Origin: Microthyrium microscopicum
Taxonomy: Eukaryota
Direction of reading: 5' to 3'
DNA: 64,000 nucleotides
NCBI GenBank assembly: GCA_010405405.1
Contig: MU004242.1
Location: 915,769-979,768, forward strand
Part shown: piece after piece, positions 25,116 to 36,154 of the stretch
How positions within the stretch are numbered: the stretch's first letter is position 1
Layout of the letters: each line of letters begins with the position of its first letter
The notes under the pieces: generated by a model
The model's database searches: none
What the model was told of the DNA's origin: nothing
What the model saw: the letters and a program-made list of their open reading frames with translations, nothing else
Program-made: the position numbers and the translations under genes

Positions 25116-27386
25116 ATGAAAATATCGAATATCATCAAGGCGCCTCTCTGGAAGCTGAGACAACCTTGGGCCGACCATGTCCGTCAATTCGAGTACCTGG
25201 TGCGCGCGGACCATGTTCCATTGCTTGCACACCTTGATCGCTAACTTGTGCTTTCTAGGACTGGGAGACCCAACGTCGGTTGGTTTATCAACAGATTGAT
25301 AAAGGTGGTTTTGGTTACTGGACTGTCGGGGTCGCTGGCATAGGATTTCTAACCGATAGCTATGATGTACGTCGAAACCCACCATGTCACCTTCCAAAAT
25401 AGGAAGTGATGGCCCTTCATCAAGAAGCCCAACTAACGTAGCAATCAGTTGTTTGCGATCAATACCGTTTTGCCCTTGTTGGAGCTCGTCTATTGGGATG
25501 GAGCCATGCCGCAGCAAGTGCGCGCTCTCATCGGCCTCTCGGTCTTGGTGGGAACTTTCGTAGGACAGTTATTGCTTGGAGTTCTGGGGGATCGCTTCGG
25601 TCGACGAAAGCTCTACGGTATAGAGCTGGCCATCGTCACCCTTTCTACCATGCTGATGGCCATCGCGTCCAAGGGAGCTTTATCTGGTGCCAACAAAGTT
25701 GCTTGGATCAGCTTTTGGCGGTTCTGCATGGGAATAGGAATCGGTAGAGTGTCTTCGCCCTCTCTCAAAAACAACAATTCTAACTATATCCAGGGGGCGA
25801 TTATCCATTATCCGCAGTGATAACATCAGAGTAAGTGCTCCCTTGTGTGAGCCCCTTCTCGTTGTTTTCTGTGATCTACGTGAGCTCTGTCTTGTGCTAA
25901 ACCTAGCTACTTTGTTTGAACCTATTGCAAGTCAGACACTGACATGGATACGTTAGATTCGCGCCGCGTAAGCACAGAGGACGAATGCTTTCCGCTCTTT
26001 TCTATATGCAAGCGGTAGGAGCCTTCTTCGCCAACATCATCACCATAATAGCGATATATGTAGCTCGTAAACATCTCCCCATGAACTCCTCGACATGCGG
26101 ACAAGAATGCAAGGATTCACTTGATGTCGTCTGGCGTTGGATCGTAGGTATAGGCGCATTCCCTCCTGCGCTGGCGGTGTTCTTGAGATGGATAATCCCC
26201 GAATCTCCAAGATACACCATGGAGGTGGAAAAGGATCCCGCCAGGGCTAAGAAGGATGTTGAAGAGTACTTTCGACCCGAAGAAGGCCTACTGCAGTCAC
26301 CGCAATCCCGTATGGAGCGTGCAACAGGATCCACTATTGTGGCTGGTGATTCAAGCCGTAGATCATCCAACCAGCCCGCTCTTACCTTTGGAGAAGGATT
26401 GGACCCTATGGAGCTGAAAGACCTCACACTATCAGAACCTGCTATTCCTCTACCCGAACCGCATCGAGTGATCTTGAGAAAAGAGACCTTCCGAGAATGG
26501 ACCCAGGGATTCTACAAATATCTGCTCACTGATGGTAACTGGACCGACTTGGCGGGAACTTCTTTATCGTGGCTGGTCCTGGATTTTGCGTACTATTGCC
26601 TCTCAGTCAACAATCCCAAGATTCTCAACAAGTTATGGGGAAACGAAAGCAACATGTTCGTATATGGCGCATTGATGGCTAACGGCTATCGAGCATTGAT
26701 CGCCGTCTCTGTTGGCTCGATTGTCGGAGGCGCTTTATTTATACTATTAGCCCGTCACAGATGGGCTATACAACTTTATGGCTTCTGGATCCTAGGTGGA
26801 ACTTTCGTCATTATTGGTGTTTGCTTCGTTGCGTTAATTGGCACACGATACTTCGCAGCAGTTATTGTGCTTTACTCTATTTGTAGTCTTGTATTTGATT
26901 TTGGTACGTTGATTCCGTCTTGGTCGTTGACTATCGCTAAATCCTTTCAGGTCCAAATACATCGACATATGTCATAGCGGCTGAAGTATTTCCCACAAAG
27001 TATCGCTCAACCTGCCATGGGATATCAGCAGCGGCTGGCAAAGTTGGATCTATTATTGCCCAATTGTTTTTGATGTATGCCAAGTTTGGCTCACGAGGAG
27101 TTAATGATCCCGAATCAACCTGGCTAGGCTGGGTTCTTCTTATGTAAGTTTTGTCCGACAGCAGTTCTCCATTGACATTTTCGCTGACACGGTTTCAAGA
27201 TTTGCTGTCTGGATGGCTTGTGGTGCAGTAGTCACGAAGTTCTGGGTACCAAAACCAGTCGACATATGGGGTCGAAGTCGGAGCCTGGAAGATCTTGCGC
27301 TCGGCAAGGCTGCGAGAAAGCAGATGGAACAAGACGACCTTGATACATGGCGTGCTCTAGCACCTGGCAGTCCGCGAGATATATGA
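25116..27386 (+). CDS. MFS inorganic phosphate transporter, Pho84-like
   Basis: VAGIGFLTDSYDLFAIN, GDRFGRRKLYG, GIGIGGDYPLSAVITSE, PESPRY, GPNTSTYVIAAEVFPTKYRSTCHGISAAAGKVG; about six introns; exon 1 is the least certain. Confidence 0.9.
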
Positions 27387-27936
27387 ACGAATAATTCACG
27401 AATTTCTCAGCAACTTATGGCCTCTTCCTTGATGCTCTACCTGCCTGATCTGGGTACTCTACTTGATGCTGCATTCGCCTTACTTACAGTTGCCGTATCC
27501 AATGCCACGCTCTTCAGAGACAAGTCACGGGTGGCCAAGGTAAACAGCGGCTCAACGACACCTTGGGAGATATATCACTCGAGGAATAAGCGCAGCAGAT
27601 GGTAAAACATCGTATTCGACGGGCCAAGAATAATACAACAAAAATCTGTGAAGCCGACTCAGTGACTGGTAGATTGCATTCAAGAGAAAACCCGATTCTT
27701 TGAATCGCCAGGCAGCAGAGCGGGTTTGCATCGCCGCAGCGGCTATCCGCAACCCAACTATCTTCATTGCTCTCACACCACCTTCTTCCATCTCTTCACG
27801 TCGGCTCCCTACATAGACATCATCATGACTCGAAATTTTAAAGAAAAGGTTGTCGAACCTTTTCCATAACAGCCTCATCGACTTCGAACATCGGAATCAG
27901 CACAATTTGGCCGTGGCTGCCTGTTCCCACCTGAAA

Positions 27937-29106
27937 ATGTCATCTGCTCCTAGTCGAGGCCGTTTGCTATCTCTTATCATTGTTCTATCCATTTTCTCAT
28001 CGCTTACACATTGTGTGCACTGGCATAAGATTCCAGATGATATGAAGTCTGTTGTCACAAAAAGGTATCCGACAGGAGGAATTAGCTTGCGCAATGAATA
28101 CGCGTAAGTGCTTTTCTGCAAGTTCTTACCAGCATCAAGCTAATAAATCAGATCATCCGTCATTCTGCATTCGAACCTCACCAGTGAATACCTCGACATC
28201 GTGAGGGGTGATGCAGAGTATCAAAGAGTTATGCTATCATTGACTCGTGCGCTGGAAAACGCTACTGTAGGTGGGCAGCCTTATCCATACGAACCGCCGT
28301 ATTCTATCGGTAATGCCAGACTCGACCGCATTTTGTCTAATATAGAGAACTTCCTGGGATTTTCATTCACATCAGAACGTTCCAAGTTCAACGCAGATTG
28401 TAATCCTGTCCATAACATGTTGTCAATGGTGTCGCAAGGGTCTCTTCAAGAAGCCGACATGAAATGGGGAATAAGCATTCCCCGTAGGACTTCAGGATGG
28501 TACAACTGGATCTTGACGGCCGCGCTCCGAAGAGCTGGTCTTCAAAATGTGCAATTCCCTGCCTTGTCTGCAACTGTCGCTTCAGTATATGCTGAAGGGT
28601 TCTATGACGAAGCTATCATCGCAGACAATGAGGACGATCCGGGTAGGTTCATCCTCGCCATCAACTACGACAAAACTGTTCTTCAACTCTCTCTTTGCCA
28701 AGCCGCGACTGGAATTATCGAAGAGGTTCGATGGAAAACATATTTCAGAAACAATAATACTTGGGAAACAGATGACTTGAAAGAAACAGGCTTTCTAGGC
28801 CAGGAAATAGGCTACATCGCAGGACCTTTGAACCGAGCAGACCAGCGGTATTTCGACGCCATGGGCCATCTTGACAATCAGCCGGCCCAGCAAATTGTTC
28901 TTACAGGCGAGGATTCTTCGAGCCCGGATTTACGAAGATCTTTGGAGTCAGTGTTCTCTGACCATGTCATCCAGAGTTTGTACCAGAACATGTCTTCAAG
29001 AGACCCAAGATGGTCTCCCCACTCTGGTGCTTTAGGTCCAGCTTTGATGGTGCAAAGAATCTACCAGGAATACGATCATGTGAAGAAGGATAAAGATGAA
29101 TTATAG
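27937..29106 (+). CDS. Signal-peptide protein with a degenerate Hsp70/actin-like ATPase fold and C-terminal KDEL
   Basis: Hydrophobic N-terminus, intron 28104-28151, segments GISLRNEYA, GISIP, AALRRAGL, ILAINY, QIVLTGE collinear with the Hsp70 nucleotide-binding domain; ends KDKDEL. Confidence 0.65.
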
Positions 29107-29204
29107 GATTGCAAACGTTCATGGCAGAAGCTCATAATGGCGACAGCATAGAAGACACTCGTTTCAACTGCGATACACAACTTAGGTACACTCTGTTGTG
29201 GTTG

Positions 29205-29283
29205 AAGACGTACGGAAGCGCATTGCGGCCTGCCCTACGGAAGCGGGTAAGCCGGTAAGCCGCAATGCGCTTCCGTAAAGACG
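29205..29283. mobile_element. 67-bp palindromic MITE-like element with flanking direct repeats
   Basis: 19-bp perfect inverted repeats tacggaagcgcattgcggc (29211-29229) and 29259-29277, flanked on both sides by aagacg (29205-29210, 29278-29283). Confidence 0.5.
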
Positions 29284-29622
29284 TAGAAGACAGGAGCGAT
29301 CAGCAAACACAGGTCGTACCTTCCTCCTTCTCCAACGCAGACAGTCCTTCCTCAGAATTTTCCACGTGGTTTCCTCCGGTCCAGCCTCATATAAGTCGCT
29401 CTTTCCCTTCAACGGACCACGCGCTTATGGCTCGTGGCAGCCGTCGCCGTTTCAACCACAAACCCATCTTTACTCCCACTCATTCCACAATTCGACACAC
29501 TTTCTGTCGCTATAATAACTCTACTCGGCCACAAGAGCTCCTGTTATTGACAGCTCTCCTTCTTTCCAACCTTTTTTCCCCTGCCCTTTGCCATAACTTT
29601 CCTTCACAAAGCGCACTTCGTC

Positions 29623-30907
29623 ATGTCTGAAAAGTCTTCTCGTCCAGTCTGGTTAATGTTTACGACTTACCGAATCCAACAAAGCTGCTGTACAACACCC
29701 ATCTTGACGCTTACGAATTCAACGATTTCCCTAGAGATCACACTTTCATCCGCTTAAATGCCCAAGGTTTCAACAAAAGTTCCCTTCATTTTGCTCGCGG
29801 AGAAAACAGTGTCACGACGAGCCAGACTGAGGCATCATTCCACACCGCCCATTCTCTCGACAAGATTGCTCTACTCGTCGGCGTACGGCTACCATCTTCT
29901 CAATATTTCAGACCTTCCTGGAACCAACCCAAACCAACTGAACAGGATAAAGTTCCGTCCCAAGCAGGAAATCGCACCAACTCCGAACTTTTTCACATTC
30001 AAGACATTACGAAAGTCAACATACTGTCTCACGACCAGCACGCGCTAAGAGTTGTTTGTCGAGTTGTTCCTGTCGCGGAACGCAGAAAAAATTCGCAGCA
30101 TGAATCAGAGTTCTACGCATTAGTTAATCGAACGGCCGATGGACTGAGCGAAGCCCGTCGAGTGGATCCATGTGACGTCTTCTTTGCTCCTCAATATCGT
30201 GACGATTTGAGTTGCGGCAGTAAAAACAGATTAAAAGTCTGGCGCAATATCTGTGAATCTGCTATTCGAGATTATTCACCAGTATCATTGTCGCAGAGAA
30301 CAGGTCAGAAAGGCCACATTTCAACCATTTCGCCCGCCTGGCACATTTCGATAGATGATCTGATCCCTCCCATCGCATCTGATCGCGCCCACAGCACACG
30401 CTCTGAAAATTCCACACGAAGCCTTGCGACCCTCAACACTGCATCTCCAGTGTTACTACAGCATGGGGGTTCATTAGATGTGTCATCTGAGCGTGCTGCG
30501 ACTCAACAATCACCAATCCCTGCCAGCAGCGATCGCTTGACAGATTCTGAAAGTCTAGGAGGACTCAAAAGAATGTTGGATATATCAGATTTCAGTGCCT
30601 TTGATGCGGCGAAGGCCATAGCCGAACTTGAGGTATGTCTCTTATATCATGGGACCGCTCGAAACAAGGTGCTAATAATTGTATACAGGAGCACTGGCCA
30701 GGATTGAAATCGTTTCCAGGTCTAACGAATGACTCAATCTTCTTGCTTCACTGGGTTTTGCGAGAAACCAAAACAAGCGTGGAATGGTGCAAGCTGAAAG
30801 TTTTGCTTCTCGCGTGGGCACAGAATTCTTTCATGCCGGGCGACAACAGCGACGTCGCGGTACGAAAGCAACGACTCCAGAATGTTCTCATGGTCCTCAA
30901 TTCTTAG
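29623..30907 (+). pseudogene. Unknown family paralog 1; 5' end out of frame (pseudogene, sequence error or non-AUG start)
   Basis: Coding frame is open from 29631 (KLLYNTHLDAYEF...) but ATGs at 29623 and 29656 are in another frame; intron 30633-30688; homologous to the two following genes. Confidence 0.6.
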
Positions 30908-31500
30908 GGGTACAAACAAACAGCGATGTTCATGGGAAAGAGGCGTCGCTAATGGCCACCAGTGTACGAGGCTGGTACCGTTGCCAGGGACTTACTCTAA
31001 GGAGTACGTGCAGAAGAATCATCAACGAGGACTTAATATACTGGTAGAGAGAATTCACAAGTTGAGTTGTTAGAATAAATACTTTGTACCAATAGAATTG
31101 ATAAGTACATCCAGTTTTCCAGCCGGAAGTAAATCCAAGAGGCCTCACCTGATTGTCTGTACAACCTGACAGCCCGTCGATGCTATAGAAACCCGTGCCC
31201 CCCTCTCTGTCTCTTTCGTTGTCACGATTACCAGATGGCTCCTTAGCCATGGTAGTAGGCTTCGAAACATGGCCTCCGAAGATATTCGAGGTGAAAGGAT
31301 AACGTTGAGGTGGGCCTGCCGTTCTAGGCAAGGGCGATCGTCTAAACTGCCCAACTGCCTCGCGGCTTCCCCCAGTATCTAAGGCTCATATTACGTTGTC
31401 TATCGCGCTTTATGCGATTTTCGAGAAGCACATCCCCACCCCAGCATATCAACCTTCACTCGAATTTTTCATTTTTAACATTCCCAATTAAACACTCGGC

Positions 31501-33552
31501 ATGAATACAGCTGTCCCACCATATGTAAAGCCCTCGAGCAACAAACATGCTTTGGCCAAGCTCTTCTATAATTTCAACCTCGATGCTTATGCTGTGCCCG
31601 AGAAGAAGGACCAGCACATATACCTCCGCGTGCAAGGCTTCGTCAGCCAATTTCAGCACAAGCCCAACGTATACACAGTCCCCGATATTGAACCAAATCA
31701 AGCAGAGCTTGAGGCTCATGGAAGCTATGTCCAAGCACTTTGGGTGGGTGTGCGGCCAACACCTGCGCCAGGTTTGCAAAGAGGAGACCTGAGTTCTCAA
31801 CTCCTTGAAAGCCAAAAGAAGAAGGGTATCGGCAGCAAAAATTCAGTCAGAGACCTGATTGAATCTGAAGAAAGTGAGGCCATCAATATCATTGATCATG
31901 ATAGCAGCGCATTGCGCGTGGTAGTCAACCCTAACAGCCAACATGTACAATTCTTTGCGCTGGTCAATCCGAACAGCATTGGAATCTGCGAGACTATTCG
32001 GGTGCTCAGCGAAGAAGTTTTCTTTGATCCTCTGTATCGTGAAGATGCCTTGACCTCGCGGCATTCACGCGCCTTGCTATGGCCCGCTTTGACACTTGCG
32101 AGCTCTATGACTGAGGCGGCACAACAATTATTGATCCAGGAGATGGCGATTGGCAAACGACGTGAGGGGGACGATTTGAGAAGAGCCGAAGTCATGAATT
32201 GGAAGAAAATGCGCGAAGCCCAGCATTTAGAGCGTCGAGAAAGCCGAAGAGCTTCTACAACCCAGAAAGCTGCCCAAGAAAAAGAACCGGCTCGAGTAGA
32301 GAGACAGAGACTTGCTGAACAAAAGAGAGTAGCTAGCGCCCAACAGGCTACTGAAAAAGAGCGATTGGCTGAGGCTCAGAGGGTGAAATTTGCCGAATGG
32401 AATAGAGCTGCTCGAGCACAGCACACTGCTGAGAAGATGAAGATGGCTGAAGCACAAAATGCCCTTAAGGCTCATAAAGCGGCTGAGAAAAGGGAAATAG
32501 CTAAAGCGCAAAAGGCTCAGAAAATGGCGGAGAAGCAAACAGCTGCTACATCACAAATAGCTATGCTAGCGCAGATAGCTGCTAAGAAAGAGCAGCTTGC
32601 TACAGTACAAGAGGCTGCTAGAGCCCAAAAAGCTCTTGAAGATCAGAGAGCTAAGCTAGCAAAGAGAGAATTTGAGCTTGAGCTTCCGCAGCGTTTGAGA
32701 GTCAGCCAACTGGCAAAGGCTATGAGACGCGATTCAGAAAAGAATGCACGGCTCGTTCTGAAGGTACCTGAAAATTTCGACTTGTTCAGACCGCGTGATA
32801 CAAGCCAGGTATATGAGCTCCAGCATATCTTAGAATACTATGAGAGCAGGCCGACCTTGGAGTCATTTTGCAACATTCTGATCGATATCACTTCCTGTGA
32901 GAGTTCACTTCAAGGATTCGGTGGCTTCAAATATTTCGATGACCTTCAGCTTCTGCATCTGAGCTCTGATGCAGAAAAGATACTCCAAGAAATAGAAGTA
33001 AGTCATTTCCTGATTGCACTCTACTTTGGTCAGCCATTCACTAACAATTGTTAGCAAATTTGGCCTAGATTTCCTGGATCTCAAAACCTTGATCTGCAAA
33101 GTTTAGGCTCGCTGAGCTCTGCATTCAAAAGTCATCGTGAGTTTGTGCCATGGGACCAGATGAGAGCCGCCTTACTATTATGGGCAGTGTTATCTATCTC
33201 CCTACGAGGCAATGAACGGCGCATCATGCATAAGAACTGGCGACGAAGCCTTCTTTTGCTGATGCAAAGTCTGAATTCACTGTCACTGGTGTCTTTCTAT
33301 CACATGCGTGATATATTCAGTGGCATGTTCGAGCAAGCGGAAGCATGGGAGCATCTAAATGTCCATGATCGGCCTGAAAAAGACCATGAGCTCCATGAGG
33401 ATGAGCACCCTTCTGAGAGGAACGACTGCAGTGAGAGTGATTTTAGCAGCGAGAATGACGATGCTAGTGATGGTGATAAGAATAGCGAGAGGGAAGAGGG
33501 TAACGAATCTGAGGATGGTAGCGAGCAAGACGAAACTGTTGGTCTTGGATAG
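31501..33552 (+). CDS. Unknown family paralog 2, with long Ala/Lys/Glu/Gln coiled-coil linker and acidic tail
   Basis: KLFYNFNLDAY, FFALVNP, EVFFDPLYRED; intron 32998-33054; WP...VPWDQMRAALLLWA. Confidence 0.85.
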
Positions 33553-34051
33553 AACGATATCACCAATTGCTAAAAGTCCAGGAACACCATATGATTGAAT
33601 AATGGTGTGGAGATCAAGGGGGATATGTAGAGGGAAGCTGTCAACCCTGTTAGTTCATAGTAGTATGCATATGAGACAGTTAATTCTGTCAAAGTATCAA
33701 TATCTGCATATTTCTGTATCGTCACGGCGTAGTTGCTTGAAAGTTTTGCAGGACTCGATTGATTTGCTAAAATTTTGGGTGATTTATCATCGGGCATTAC
33801 AAAGTATATTTAACGACCTCCCCAGGTCCTGAGCTTGCCAAATCTATCTCACTCATTCCTAATCCGAGTTGTCTGCCGTCTTCCATGATATACAAATCCG
33901 TTTCCAAGAGCATGAGGGGTTTTCCAACAGTGTTGATAAGTCCAGCCATGCTTCATGCTCACCACCGCTAAGTAGCACAAGCTAATGTCTCAAGGTCTGT
34001 TTCCATCCGTCCATCCAATTCATCCGAACTCATGTTGTGCACTGGTTGCAA

Positions 34052-35302
34052 TCAAGACGCAATCCCTTGAGTCACCCGCTGCACATACTGGAGACGCAGC
34101 TTTCGCACTTCTGGATCAAACAAATTCTGGCCGTACTGCCGAGACGACCATTCCCATGCCAGAATGGTAGACTTCACGTCAGGCCACTGCAAGGTGATGC
34201 CATTCTCCCCCAGAGCAACGTGGAGATAGAGGAGGGTATTTGCATTCAGACCCTCTATCTCTCTAAAGGATGGCCAGCCAGCCTGCGAAATATCAGTATC
34301 GGGTGAACAAAGAGTGAACAGACATGAACGAACCAGGAATTCATCCAGTGCTTTGACAGCGTCAAAGATGGGTGAATTGATGTCGTATGGATTCGAGCCA
34401 AGTTTGGCCAGCTCAGTAAAATTGAGAGGAATGGCTATCTGGGCCTGCAACGCAACCACCTGATTGCGTAAAGTGTTATTCTGGCCTCGCACAGCATCTC
34501 CTTCATGTCGTGCGCTGTCTCTCTCATCTCGCAGACGGCCAACTTCGTCTTGTGCGGCACGTTCCGCGTCCCGCGCGCGAATAAGCTGAGCTTGAAGACG
34601 AATGATCTTGATAATCTGTTGGCCATATGTCGGGCTTGGCAAGGATATCTTCCAAGCGTCTGCTGCTATGCGTAGCCAGATATTAGCTCTTTGAGTGGTC
34701 CCCACGACATTATCATCGCGATACATTGGTAGAAGGAACACGTCCTCAAAGTCGAGCAAGCTAACAGTGCAAATGCCTCCAGGAGTTATTGGATTGTGCA
34801 AGGCGTATATGTAGAGATGGCCTTCGATTGGCAAGCACACTACCCGGCGCACTCGTTGTTGTGTGTCTAGTACGTTGGCAATCGTGATATCGGCAACGCT
34901 GAAGAGTCGAGGGTCTGACAATGACCCTGAGGATGAATCGATCTTCAGTGGTGATCTCAAGCTCGGCACTGAGGGTGGGGATCGTGGTCGACATTTGTTT
35001 GAGTCTTCCAGGGTCAGGCCGATGAGGTATGCAATTGAGCCCGGACCTTGCAGATTCCGCTCCGCTGCATTGAGAGGGAGAGGTGGATAGACATTGGTTG
35101 TAGACTTCAGCTTAGCATGACTGATGCGCAAGTATGTCATTACTGTGGGCATATGAGGCCAATCATACGCGTCCAGATTGTTATTGAACAGGAGGTTGCC
35201 AGCGATTCGACCATCTGACAGCACCCCATTAGTCACTGCCAGCTGACGAGCTGGGACTAGTGCAGCGGCTCGTGTTCGAGGCGTTATTCTGAGCTGTGCC
35301 AT
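34052..35302 (-). CDS. Unknown family paralog 3, with short coiled-coil linker
   Basis: LLFNNNLDAYDWP, IYALHNP, DVFLLPMYRDD; in-frame 51-nt intron 34283-34333; WP...LQWPDVKSTILAWE. Confidence 0.85.
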   Translation of the reverse strand: MAQLRITPRTRAAALVPARQLAVTNGVLSDGRIAGNLLFNNNLDAYDWPHMPTVMTYLRISHAKLKSTTNVYPPLPLNAAERNLQGPGSIAYLIGLTLEDSNKCRPRSPPSVPSLRSPLKIDSSSGSLSDPRLFSVADITIANVLDTQQRVRRVVCLPIEGHLYIYALHNPITPGGICTVSLLDFEDVFLLPMYRDDNVVGTTQRANIWLRIAADAWKISLPSPTYGQQIIKIIRLQAQLIRARDAERAAQDEVGRLRDERDSARHEGDAVRGQNNTLRNQVVALQAQIAIPLNFTELAKLGSNPYDINSPIFDAVKALDEFLVRSCLFTLCSPDTDISQAGWPSFREIEGLNANTLLYLHVALGENGITLQWPDVKSTILAWEWSSRQYGQNLFDPEVRKLRLQYVQRVTQGIAS

Positions 35303-36154
35303 GGTATTGAAGTTCCAGTGGCAGAGTATGAGGGAATAGGGGAGTGTAGGGAGAATAGAGCACTCTTGCAAATAAAATGGGTGTGAGAATCTAGTTAAGT
35401 AAGTTAGAGACGAAGGGCTGAAATTAAGGTGCAAAAAGTAGGCAGTTAACTTCTTTTACCTTCGAAATATTTCTAAGGCTATTTGTGCTAAATAATCCAC
35501 GTGCCTAGGTATGTATGCATGTGGCTCTTTCCTTTAGTATGGAAAGAGGAAGGGAAGGAAAGAGCCTAGCAACATTAGCCAAGCATAGAGTTGGAAGGTA
35601 CGACGAGTCTTCGTACCAAGTGAGGGAGTAGCCACCGGTGGGCACCAGTTCTGGCAGGAACTGTGGGACTGTGCTTTAAGGTCAAATATCGAAGATATTT
35701 TGGCCATGTCATATCAATGCAGGTTATGTGATCCTCATCCTGGAATGAGGTTGGCAGAGGCAGGGGAGATTGAGGTTTTCTGTGAGATGGGCTGAGTTGC
35801 ATGAAGTGAGGGTAGAGACCCGAGAAGTGTGGGCTGTGATGATCGTTAGCAGATGGTTGAGACTCGAATAGATAATACATCACAGACTTCATGTTGACTG
35901 TTGAGCACGGCCAATATAGCATCCTCTAGGCGATCATAGTGGACACACACCGCTGACACTGGCTATTTTCTGTAGCGAGCGTCCATGAGAAGCAAAAGAC
36001 TGAAGAGCAACAAAGTCTTCTCGGAGGAAGGAAGATGGGAAGAGAAGTGTGGTAGAATTAGAGGAGCAAAGGCCGTGGTGATGTAGCATTGTGAGCCTAG
36101 AGGTTCTTTGAGGCAGTGAGAATTAGGCATCTCTACTCCGTCACTTCAACTCAG

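Noticed and set aside
29265..29630. Upstream ORF in frame with paralog 1, suggesting TGA readthrough
   Set aside because: No similarity to the other paralogs and it spans the TATA-like box and pyrimidine-rich leader; probably chance.
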